From: a virus
Virus record (IMG/VR): IMGVR_UViG_3300048997_000046
Coordinates: 1 to 45,533 of that record
Length of the DNA: 45,533 nucleotides
Reading direction: 5' to 3' (one strand)
Shown: positions 7,889 through 16,700 of the stretch, piece by piece
Numbering within the stretch: the first letter of the stretch is position 1
Layout of the letters: every line of letters begins with the position of its first letter
Translations under genes and position numbers: made by a program
Notes under the pieces: model-generated
What the model was told of the DNA's origin: nothing
Seen by the model: the letters and a program-made list of their open reading frames with translations, nothing else
The model's database searches: none

Positions 7889-9112
7889 ATGGCTGACTTC
7901 ATTTTTCATCAAGCCGTTGGCGAAGCGCCAATTAAGACTTGGACCAAGGGCGTCCAGATCGAAGATCAGGCGATGGCGCAGCTTCACAACGTCGCCAAGC
8001 TGCCGTTCATTCACAAGCACGTTGCGGCCATGCCGGACGTGCATTGGGGCATGGGCGCAACCATCGGCAGCGTGATCGCCACGAAAGGTGCCGTCGTGCC
8101 TGCCGCCGTAGGTGTGGACATCGGCTGCGGAATGATGGCGATGCTGACCACGCTTAAAGCCGAACACCTACCGGACAATCTACATCAAACGCGGCTAGAC
8201 ATCGAGTCCGCCGTGCCGCATGGGCGCACGGACAATGGTGGCGCAAACGACCGCGGCGCGTGGGGCGAGCTGCCACCAGAGGCGGAGAACCGTTGGCAAC
8301 CGCTTGCGGAACGATACGCGGCCATTCTCGCCAAACATCCGAAGGCCAAGGCATATAATTCAGCCCGCCATATCGGAACGCTCGGAACTGGCAATCACTT
8401 CATCGAACTCTGCCTCGATGAAAGCGATTTCGTATGGGTGATGCTGCACTCCGGCTCGCGCGGCGCTGGCAACAAGATCGGCATGTACTTCATCGAAAAG
8501 GCCAAGGAGGAAATGCGCCGGTACTTCATCGATAAATTCCTACCGGATCAGGACTTGGCTTATCTGGTGGATCATACCGAACTGTTCGATGACTACGTGA
8601 ACGCCGTGGAATGGGCGCAGGACTTCGCGCTGGAAAACCGCAAGGCAATGATGCACGCCACACTGAACGCGGTACGCAAGTCGCTGCCGCCGTTCTTCGT
8701 GACGGACATGGCTGTGAACTGCCATCACAACTATATCTCGCGAGAGAACCACTTTGGCACGAATGTGCTGGTGACGCGCAAGGGCGCTGTTCGTGCGCGA
8801 AAAGGCGACCTTGGCATCATTCCCGGCTCGATGGGCACCGGCAGCTTCATCGTGCGCGGCAAGGGTAATCACGAGAGCTTCCACTCCTGCTCGCACGGTG
8901 CCGGCCGCGCTATGTCGCGCGGCGCCGCAAAGAAAGCGATCAGCATGGAACAGCACGCCGCCGCCATGAAGGGCATCGAAGCGAGGCTGGATGCCGATGT
9001 GATCGATGAAAGTCCAGCGGCGTACAAAGACATTGGCGCCGTCATGGCCGCGCAGTCAGACCTTGTGGATGTCGTTCACCGGCTCCGGCAAGTCGTGAAT
9101 GTGAAGGGCTAA
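7889..9112 (+). CDS. rtcB: RNA 3'-phosphate/5'-OH ligase RtcB
   Basis: Motifs MPDVHWGMGATIG, GVDIGCGM, GTLGTGNHFIEL, HSGSRGAGN, NCHHNY and SHGAGR are all present in canonical order. 407 aa from ATG 7889. Confidence 0.9.
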   Translation: MADFIFHQAVGEAPIKTWTKGVQIEDQAMAQLHNVAKLPFIHKHVAAMPDVHWGMGATIGSVIATKGAVVPAAVGVDIGCGMMAMLTTLKAEHLPDNLHQTRLDIESAVPHGRTDNGGANDRGAWGELPPEAENRWQPLAERYAAILAKHPKAKAYNSARHIGTLGTGNHFIELCLDESDFVWVMLHSGSRGAGNKIGMYFIEKAKEEMRRYFIDKFLPDQDLAYLVDHTELFDDYVNAVEWAQDFALENRKAMMHATLNAVRKSLPPFFVTDMAVNCHHNYISRENHFGTNVLVTRKGAVRARKGDLGIIPGSMGTGSFIVRGKGNHESFHSCSHGAGRAMSRGAAKKAISMEQHAAAMKGIEARLDADVIDESPAAYKDIGAVMAAQSDLVDVVHRLRQVVNVKG

Positions 9113-9149
9113 CCCCCATGTCCCACACCCAGCGACAAGGATTGAGTAG

Positions 9150-9536
9150 GTGACGGCGCAGCTTCGCATATCCCCTGCTTACAGTATGGCCGAAGCCGCC
9201 GGGCTCTTGAGAATCAGCCGCCGGGCGTTGCAGGATTTGGTGAAGGTGCATCCGTTCTATTACCAGAACGGGAAGCGAAAGCTGTTTGCCGAGGAAGATG
9301 TATTGGCGTTGCGCACGGTCATGCGCGAGGGTGAAGAAAAATGCCGCTCAAACTTATCCCGCCGAATCTCAAAAGGCGCTGCCCGTTCTACACAGTCCGG
9401 GGAACATATCTCAGGGTCCGCGTGGACCGAAGTACTAAGACGGGCTCGCGAACGATCGCAGCCGGACTGCTCAAAGCATGGCGGGACGACATCGAACGTG
9501 AAGCCATTTCCCGGCCGGGCGAACCCACGTTCATAG
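9150..9536 (+). CDS. xis: Excisionase/MerR-like HTH protein (3' end uncertain; overlaps int by 196 nt)
   Basis: GTG start. The HTH YSMAEAAGLLRISRRALQDLV sits directly upstream of the integrase. Confidence 0.5.
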   Translation: MTAQLRISPAYSMAEAAGLLRISRRALQDLVKVHPFYYQNGKRKLFAEEDVLALRTVMREGEEKCRSNLSRRISKGAARSTQSGEHISGSAWTEVLRRARERSQPDCSKHGGTTSNVKPFPGRANPRS

Positions 9537-10357
9537 ATGCCTCTGTGGCCTATGTCTCCATGCACGGTGAACAACGGTTTCTGCCCCCGATAGTCGAAGC
9601 ACTCCGCACGACCGCCCTCAGCAAGATCGATCAGACGATGATCGATGAACTGGCCTTGCGCCTTTACCCGACAGCTTCCGCGCAAACTCGCAACCGGCAG
9701 GTCTACACCCCTGTCTCGGCCGTCCTGAAACACGCCAAGATCGAGTGGGAGCTGAAGCGGCCGAAGGGCTGGCGCGGTTCCTCCCGAACGACATGGCTGA
9801 AGCCGAACGAAGCCTTTGCTGCGATACGGGCGGCAAAGAAGGCGGATGCCGAGTTTGGGATATTCCTCACCCTGCTCTGCTACACTGGCTTGCGCCTGAG
9901 CGAAGCGCTGGGCCTTCGGTGTGAAGCCATCGAGCTGCAGGATGGCTTTGCCTACGTGCCACAGACCAAGAATGAAGACCCGCGTGCGGTATTCCTGCCG
10001 CCTGCCGTTGTGGCCGCTCTGGCAGGCCACCCGAAGGGCATGGACCGAAAGGGGCGTGTATTCCGCTTCCGCAAGAACGGGCGCCTGTACGCGCTCCTGC
10101 GGGCCACCGAGAAGGCATCCCGACAGAAACTCACCTTCCACCTGTTTCGGCATACCTGGGCCACATGGATGCGCCGCTATGGCGGACTGGACATCGATGG
10201 CCTCATGGCGACGAAGGCATGGAAAGACCCCGCGTCCGCTCGCCGGTACACCCATGTTGTGGTGAGCGAAGAGAGCCGGAAGGCTGCGCTGTTGCCGATC
10301 GACAATGGCGGACTCGACGTGAACATCAAGCGAAAGACCAAGCGCAATGCGGCTTAG
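9341..10357 (+). CDS. int: Tyrosine recombinase / phage integrase
   Basis: GLRLSEAL (Arg), HLFRHTWATW (H-x-x-R) and ARRYTHV (Tyr) motifs. It is adjacent to the tRNA-derived attP. Confidence 0.9.
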   Translation: MPLKLIPPNLKRRCPFYTVRGTYLRVRVDRSTKTGSRTIAAGLLKAWRDDIEREAISRPGEPTFIDASVAYVSMHGEQRFLPPIVEALRTTALSKIDQTMIDELALRLYPTASAQTRNRQVYTPVSAVLKHAKIEWELKRPKGWRGSSRTTWLKPNEAFAAIRAAKKADAEFGIFLTLLCYTGLRLSEALGLRCEAIELQDGFAYVPQTKNEDPRAVFLPPAVVAALAGHPKGMDRKGRVFRFRKNGRLYALLRATEKASRQKLTFHLFRHTWATWMRRYGGLDIDGLMATKAWKDPASARRYTHVVVSEESRKAALLPIDNGGLDVNIKRKTKRNAA

Positions 10358-10362
10358 GTTCG

Positions 10363-10410
10363 CCCTTCACACGGGAGGGGTCACAGGTTCAATCCCTGTC
10401 GCGCCCACCA
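10363..10410 (+). other. attP core: 3' portion of a tRNA-Val(CAC), from the anticodon loop to CCA
   Basis: ccc-TTCACAC-gggag gggtc ACAGG-TTCAATC-CCTGT cgcgccc-a-cca. No matching 5' acceptor or D-arm lies upstream. Confidence 0.75.
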
Positions 10411-10474
10411 GCCTAAACCATTGTCATCAAAGCAGATTATCCGGTTTCGGCCGCATTTCAGCACCACCCCCTAT

Positions 10475-10513
10475 TCGGCACAGAACAGCGTACAATGGCA
10501 GAACTCGGCACAG
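10475..10513 (+). promoter_or_regulatory. Two direct TCGGCACAG repeats 30 bp apart; candidate integrase arm-type sites
   Basis: Exact 9-mers at 10475..10483 and 10505..10513, in the noncoding arm next to the attP core. Confidence 0.35.
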
Positions 10514-10554
10514 GTGGACGTGGACTTTCGACGGACTCCGTTCGCGAGTCGTGC

Positions 10555-10791
10555 CTACCGATGCACAAAGCCTGACACGATGGCGGCGACCAAAGAGACA
10601 ATGCCGCCTAGAAACGTACCCACCATCATAAACAGGCCAAGCAGCGCCTTCCGTCCGCCGCTCATAGCGGCGAGCGTGCCGAGGATGGATTTGATGTCGC
10701 CCTTCATCTCAGCAATGTTGGCGCGGAATTCGCGGTTTTCCTGCTCAAGCGTTGCGAGTCGCTCGGCATCTGTCGGGTAGTACATAGTCAC
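10555..10791 (-). CDS. Tail-anchored small membrane protein, 78 aa (coiled N-terminus, C-terminal TM); lysis-associated or moron
   Basis: ORF track (GTG 10791 or ATG 10785, with GAGGGG upstream). Hydrophobic segment LLGLFMMVGTFLGGIVSLVAAIV. Confidence 0.55.
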   Translation of the reverse strand: MTMYYPTDAERLATLEQENREFRANIAEMKGDIKSILGTLAAMSGGRKALLGLFMMVGTFLGGIVSLVAAIVSGFVHR

Positions 10792-10836
10792 TGAACCCCT
10801 CGCACGGAACGTCCTGATGCGCCCCGGTGTTTACAG

Positions 10837-10989
10837 ATGATGGAATCCTTCGTGCGCGAATACCTGGTAGGCGGCCTTGTTCTGGCCGGCGTGATGTTCA
10901 AGCTGCTTTCCGTGATGGCACGGCTTTCCGCGGCGGAGGCGAGGATGAGACGGGTCCGCATCGCTTTGGCCTCTATGCCTGTTCGCTAG
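10837..10989 (+). CDS. Possible 50-aa hydrophobic peptide (MMESFVREYLVGGLVLAGVMFKLLSVMA..), convergent with the lysis genes
   Basis: Hand-translated open frame below the track cutoff. Its stop overlaps the minus-strand stop (CTAG). No clear Shine-Dalgarno. Confidence 0.25.
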   Translation: MMESFVREYLVGGLVLAGVMFKLLSVMARLSAAEARMRRVRIALASMPVR

Positions 10990-11366
10990 GTCTGAGAGCG
11001 ATTGAGGGCGGCGGTTTCGGTGCGTTCCTGTGCATCCGTCTGGCCGGCCGGTGAAGCTTGGACGATGACGGTCGCCGACTTCGCACCTGCCGGTTTAGTC
11101 CATGTGCTGTTGGCTGAGAATGTCGTGATGCTCGGCAGAATTAGTTGCACCAGTTCCACAATCTCTTCGGTGATCTGCGCGGAGCGGGTCTGAACGCCAT
11201 GCCGCAGCGTAGCGCCACCGAGAAACACCAGTACCCAATCGACAGCGCCGGGGATGTGGAAGGCGACGACATGCGTTGCCTCCAATCCCTGAACGATGCC
11301 GGTGAGCAATCCGGCCGCGCAGATGAAGTACGTTTTCCAGCCGTTGGCGAAGCTGAGGAACTGCAT
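10986..11366 (-). CDS. Holin-like protein with two TM segments
   Basis: ATG 11366 shares its A with the upstream TGA. TMs WKTYFICAAGLLTGIVQGL and AVDWVLVFLGGATL. It follows the endolysin and the lipoprotein. Confidence 0.5.
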   Translation of the reverse strand: MQFLSFANGWKTYFICAAGLLTGIVQGLEATHVVAFHIPGAVDWVLVFLGGATLRHGVQTRSAQITEEIVELVQLILPSITTFSANSTWTKPAGAKSATVIVQASPAGQTDAQERTETAALNRSQT

Positions 11367-11596
11367 CACGGGCTCGGGAAATTGTCGATCAGGCCCGTCG
11401 CGCCGGCCTCTGCCTTTTTCGCGATGTGCTGATTGTGCTTGGAGCAGTATTGCGAACTGGCGACCATGCAGATGGCCGAGTAGCCGTCGCCAAGCAGGTT
11501 CACGCCCATCTGAAGGTTGGACGGGTCGAGTGTGCCGGTGACGCCGCAGCCGCTGACGGCACCAACGATGCAAGCAATGGCGATGATCTTACGCAT
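11366..11596 (-). CDS. Lipoprotein (lipobox AVSG-C), possible spanin component
   Basis: MRKIIAIACIVGAVSGCGV signal peptide. The start lies 3 nt after the endolysin stop. Confidence 0.55.
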   Translation of the reverse strand: MRKIIAIACIVGAVSGCGVTGTLDPSNLQMGVNLLGDGYSAICMVASSQYCSKHNQHIAKKAEAGATGLIDNFPSP

Positions 11597-11598
11597 GT

Positions 11599-11994
11599 TC
11601 AGGTTCCTCTCAGTGGATATTGAGCCCACGGCAGTTGCCAGTGGTCACCGTCTTTTGGTTTCGTCCATTGCCCGCCCCATTCGACAGGCACGTCCTCAAG
11701 CTTCGCCGCCTTCTGCATCGCGTCGTTCAGTTCGACGTAAAGCGCCCAATCCCAATGCGACACGCCACCGACGAAGACACAGAGATCGACCGCATGGCCG
11801 GTCAGGTGGCGGGAGTTCATGGTGAGGGACTTGCCTGTGGCGACCATGCGCCGCTCGGCATCGGGCGTTCGCAGCCCTTCAATGACGCCGAAATCGACAG
11901 GGCTGATCGTGATGCAGTTTTTGACGACGCGCACCAAATCGGGATGCACACCGCTAAGGCGAAAAAGGGAGCGCGCGGAGAGTGCGAAGGCCAT
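11599..11994 (-). CDS. Endolysin, peptidase M15 (VanY / L-Ala-D-Glu peptidase-like)
   Basis: SRHLTGHAVDL and DGDHWQL metal-ligand motifs. Positioned at the end of the late operon. Confidence 0.75.
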   Translation of the reverse strand: MAFALSARSLFRLSGVHPDLVRVVKNCITISPVDFGVIEGLRTPDAERRMVATGKSLTMNSRHLTGHAVDLCVFVGGVSHWDWALYVELNDAMQKAAKLEDVPVEWGGQWTKPKDGDHWQLPWAQYPLRGT

Positions 11995-12037
11995 TTCCGG
12001 ACAGTGCGGAAATGGTCACCTGGGACAACGCACCGTC

Positions 12038-13756
12038 CTAGAAATACGTCACGACAATCGCGTAGCCGTCGCCGCCCTTACCACCCGCCCCGCCGATATT
12101 CGTGCTCGTCGCCGCGGCGCCCGCAGCCCCGCCGCCGCCACCGCCGCCGCCACGCTGCCCACCGTCACCACCCTTGCCGCCGGTTCCATTGGCAGTCGTA
12201 TTCGCGCCGCCGCCGCCGCCACCAGCGCCGCCCCAAGCTTCTGCACCAGCCGCACCTGCGGTTCCGGCAGTCGGGGATGTTCCGCTCGTACCGCGCGCGC
12301 CGCCCGTGCGCGATGTTGCCGAGGCAAGCTCGTAGATGTGCGCGCCGCCGCCATCTCCGGCTGAGTTCGATTGTGTGCCGTTTCCTGCACTGACGGACCC
12401 ACCTGCTCCACCGGCAGCACCGCCCCACATGGAGCTGCCGCCACAACCTTGTCCTCCTAAGCCGCTGTTACTGTCGGACCCACCGGCACCGCCGCCAAAC
12501 TCCGCTGCGTGACCTGTATTGCTAGCATTTCCACTGCCTGCTCCGGCTCCGCCGCAAGCTTCCGCGTTGCTGACAGCACCGGGGCCACCACCGGCAAGAG
12601 CGCTAGAACCTCCTACGGCACCTGGCGCGCCCGAACCGCCGCCTGAACCACCTGCGCGGGCCGTGGTAGCACCCAACCCGCCGCCGCCGCCGGCATAGCC
12701 GGTAAGGTGTGCTCCGAATGTTGTATTGCCCCCGGTCGAGCCGACTGAACCCGTGGCGTTAGAACCGCCTGCGCCACCCGTGCCACCGGCCCCGATTGTG
12801 ACAGTCTCAGATGAGCCGAGATCGGAAGCGTTAAATTCTTGAATGATACAGGCCCCGCCGCCGCCACCACTTCCGCCAAGATTTGAAGTGCTATTACCGC
12901 CTGCGCCTCCTCCTCCGCCGCCTCCGGGGCCCCAAAGGATCACCTTTACGCGGGTCGCATTGGTCGGCTTGTTCCATGTGTTCGCGCCGGCCGCGCTGTA
13001 GGTATTGACCTGCACAGCTCCTGCGAAGCCGCCGCTCGCGCTACCCCATTGTGGATTGGCGCCCGCACCTTGCGTAACAAGCACCTGTCCGTTTGTGCCG
13101 GGAGCGAGTGCGGCCCACGCGGACGAACCGCGATAGAGAATGTCGCCCCGTGTACTGCCGATGCGATCCAGCGTTCCATCGGTATAGGTTTCGGCAGCCG
13201 CCAACGTGGCGGCATCGCCAGAATCCGCATATGCCTCAGCCGTTACGAGCGCCGTAGCAGCCGCGCCCGCCGCATCGAACGATGCCGAACTCAGTCCGCC
13301 ATCTTTGAGCAGCTTGCCGGTCGTACCATCGAATTGCGCAAGGTCGCCATTGGTCGAACTGGCTGGCCCGACAACATCGCCTGAACCGCCGCCCGCCGCT
13401 GAGATAACGCCGCTCGTTTCCGTGATGGTGCTGCCATCGACCTTGTAGATGCCAAATTGGGTAGCCGATCCGATCTGAACCGCAGGTGCAGCATCAGAGC
13501 GCATGAAAGTGAGGGCGCTACCGGGGACCGCTGCATCGCTGGCCGTGGCCGTGGGATCGGCACCCACAGGCGGCGGCAGATTACCGAACGCGCCTCCGCT
13601 TGTTGCTTGGCCCGTGCCGACAAGCGGCTTCAGATGCGCGGCGAGTTCACGGAATGAAAGCCGATGCGGTGCGCCCATTCCGTTGCGGGTGCGGCCGATA
13701 ACCTCGAATTGCGCAAGCTGATCGCGGATGCCGCGGATTTTGTCGGATGCGCTCAC
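12038..13756 (-). CDS. Glycine-rich tail fibre protein
   Basis: 572 aa. TWNKPTNATRVKVILWGPGGGGGGG is followed by about 300 aa of Gly-rich sequence ending in GDGYAIVVTYF. GTGA coupling to the upstream gene. Confidence 0.7.
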   Translation of the reverse strand: MSASDKIRGIRDQLAQFEVIGRTRNGMGAPHRLSFRELAAHLKPLVGTGQATSGGAFGNLPPPVGADPTATASDAAVPGSALTFMRSDAAPAVQIGSATQFGIYKVDGSTITETSGVISAAGGGSGDVVGPASSTNGDLAQFDGTTGKLLKDGGLSSASFDAAGAAATALVTAEAYADSGDAATLAAAETYTDGTLDRIGSTRGDILYRGSSAWAALAPGTNGQVLVTQGAGANPQWGSASGGFAGAVQVNTYSAAGANTWNKPTNATRVKVILWGPGGGGGGGAGGNSTSNLGGSGGGGGACIIQEFNASDLGSSETVTIGAGGTGGAGGSNATGSVGSTGGNTTFGAHLTGYAGGGGGLGATTARAGGSGGGSGAPGAVGGSSALAGGGPGAVSNAEACGGAGAGSGNASNTGHAAEFGGGAGGSDSNSGLGGQGCGGSSMWGGAAGGAGGSVSAGNGTQSNSAGDGGGAHIYELASATSRTGGARGTSGTSPTAGTAGAAGAEAWGGAGGGGGGANTTANGTGGKGGDGGQRGGGGGGGGAAGAAATSTNIGGAGGKGGDGYAIVVTYF

Positions 13757-16700
13757 TTCGTGCTACCGATCATCTTCGACCCGGCTTGCGCCAGTCCGAT
13801 CATCTCGCCGACGATACGATCCGTGTTTTGACGCTTTTCATCGACGGTCATTTTTGCATCGTCATTGATCGCCTGAATAGCCGTGCGCTGAATGCCGAGC
13901 GTGGCACGCATACCGATCAGCGTAGAATAGAGCCGCGCCTTACCGGCATCCTGAACCATGATGCTGGGATCGCCACGCTTGAGCGCAAGGAATTCATTGG
14001 CGTGTGCTTCCTCCAGCGTTTTCATGTCATCGTAGAACGTCTCGATGGGTTGCGAGCCAGTCTGCGGATTTCGCACGAAGAAACTCTGCACGAACGGCAG
14101 ATCGCTCATCTCCCACGGCTTGTTGTGAACCGCGAAGGGTGCGCCAAGGGCTTTCATCACGTCGATGCCGAGCGTTCCGGCCCAGCCACGAACATAATTG
14201 TCCACCACGATAGGCGAGACATCCGCGAGATTGACGCCTCCATGAGGGCCGAGTACGCGCGCCAGCGCCTTCGCAGGCTCCGTCGTGGCCTCGGTATATT
14301 GCATGTCGCCGGACGCATCTTTGAGCGAATCGGGAATAAGTTGCTTGCCGGAGAAGAAGCTGTAATTGGCCGCACCTTCGATGATCGGCGTGATGACCGG
14401 CGGCAGGTTCTTCGGCAGTATCTCGCTCATGTCGCGGAAGATGTGATCGAATGCGTGCGGGTTGTTCTCGAATTCATGTTCGATGAACCGTTCCAGCGGA
14501 ATACCAACCAGCGGCCCGATTACATACGGCTTGCCGATGCGGAAACGCTGGCCTGCTATCGGCGGCGTGATGAAGTAGTTATCCCGTTCCCATTGCGGGA
14601 GGTCTGTGTAGCGCTTGCCGGCCGGCAGGTCTTTGTCGGCCTGCCGATTGGCGAGATAGAGTCCAATCTGCGGAACGGCCAAGCCCATGATGACATATAG
14701 CGATGTGTTGAGCGCACGCCCTGCTGCCCACGCGCCCTTACCCTGTCGTAAACCGAGAATGTCGGCCTTGAAGAACGGGACCCATTTGGCCCATGTATTC
14801 GCCACGTTGGCGATGAATTTCTCGTCGTAGTCGAGATACGCCTTGCGGGCGTTCATCGCGGCCTTCATCGGCTCCGCGCCTTTGCCTACCGCGTTCTTGT
14901 AGTAGCCAATGCGGGAGGCTTGCGCCAAACGATCCGTGAGAATTTGAGCCAGCTCAAGCGGATGCCGCACCGTGTTCCACAATCGATTGGTGACGCCGGT
15001 TTCTTCCAACAGCTTCTGCGCATCCGTGGTGAGAACGCTGCGGTCGATGTCCACGATGGAACCGGACAATCCGCCCGTGCGAGCCAGTTCCCAAAACGCA
15101 TCGCCTTTGCCAAAGGAATCCATCAGGCCGCGCATCATCGTGATAAACGGTGGCGGATGAGACGGATCGGCAATGAAGGCTGTGAGTTGATGCTTCAGGG
15201 CAATGCGCGGTCCGAATGTCGGATCGCCTGCAATACCGGCGCGCGCAATCTTCGCCGGGAACTGCACAACCTTGTCAATCAAGGTTGCCTCGCCCGGTGA
15301 ATCCGCAGCACGATAAAGCCGCGCCACGTTCTCATCGTTTGCCTGCCAGACTTCGGCTTTGCCGTTCCGGTAGAAGATAAATTGCTGCTTCCCGAGCCCC
15401 TTGGCGCCTTGCTGAATAATAGGTTCAAATGCCTTGGCTTCCTTGTCCGTCAGGCCATAGGGCTTGAACACACTGCTTCCGGGTTCGGCCAATGTAGCCT
15501 TGGCTTCAGGCGCCGCGAGCCGCTTCACATCCGGGGATTGCGGGATGCCTTCCTGCGCGCCGACGATAGCGCCTGCCGCACGGTTGCGATCTGCAAAGCG
15601 AATGAGCATTCGCGCGTTATCGATGTCGGCCAGCCACGGATCGATGATCTTCTTGTCCGAGCCTTCCATGCGGGCGATCGGATTGACCGCACGGAAGCTC
15701 TTGCGGGAGCCGGACTTGAATGGCTGGTCGTCGCCCATCAAACGGCGCAATGAAACGTGGCTGGTGTTTGCCGCGATCATCGCGTCCATCTGTTTCTGCG
15801 AAATGCCGCCGGAATCGCGCACATAGGTAAGCACGCTGTTCTTCCATTGCTGCATGAGGTCATTGGCTTTGGCGTATTTCTTCAGGTTCGGATCGGCCGC
15901 GTTGGCTTCGGCTTCCTTCGCGCCGCCGGGAAAGACTCCGGTATCGATACCCTGCTTCGCCTTTTCGATGGTCCGAAGTGCCACGCGATAGGTATTGAAC
16001 TCATCCTGATTGCCGCCGATGCGCTTGATTTCATCGGCCACATCCTTGAGCGCCGGGCCTTCCTTTTCCTTGAAGGTGACGGGATCGAACGGACCGCGGA
16101 AGAAGAAATGATCCGCCCGATTCTCGCTCGCATAGGTGGAGCGGGCCATGTCTTCGATGCCAATGTCCGTTGTGGGGTCCAGCAGGCCGCGAGTCTTGAG
16201 TTCGGTATCGACGCGGCGCGCGGCGTCCAGCTCCATTTCGAGGCCGAGCAGCGCAGGCCGGTGCGCAGTCGAGGGTTCGCCAATCGACTCCTTGAAGCGT
16301 GAGACTCGCATGGAGGTATCCAGCGTGAATGGATCATCGCCGCCGGCGTGACCGCTGATCTGTTTTGGTGGTTCGCCGCCCGCACCGCCGCTTCCGTTTG
16401 TGGGGCCTTTCGTTCCGCCGCCCATCGAACGGTTGCGCGCGAGATATTCCTGCGTCTCAAGCGGCAAGCCCGCTTCGGAACGGTCTGCATCCACGCGGGC
16501 GTATTCCCAGCCATGCTTGCCCTGTTCGGCTTCCAGTCGTGTACCTGGTCCAGCGGTCAGCAGTTTTGCAGCTCTGCCAGGTCCTGCATTGTAGGCCGTC
16601 AGAATGGCGTCCTCATCTCCCCGGAAGCGGCGATAGAGGTCCGTGAGAATAGTCCGTGCGGCGGTTTCGTTATATGACGGGTCCGTCAACTTTGTGGGAT

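Noticed and set aside
10335-10410. A full-length tRNA-Val gene next to the integrase.
   Set aside because: Only the part from the anticodon loop to CCA folds. The 76-nt window has no GGGCGCG 5' acceptor strand or D-arm, and 10362 mismatches the anticodon stem. This is attP homology, not a gene.
12049-12446. Alternative-frame ORFs (131 aa, 93 aa, 77 aa, 181 aa, 257 aa) over the glycine-rich tract.
   Set aside because: Low-complexity GCC/GCG repeats keep several frames open. Only the 572-aa frame is coupled (GTGA) to the upstream virion gene and has a non-repetitive N-terminal domain.
12038-13756. A diversity-generating retroelement, suspected because the head module resembles BPP-1-type podoviruses.
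   Set aside because: I found no reverse-transcriptase-like ORF and no template/variable repeat pair near the tail-fibre 3' end.
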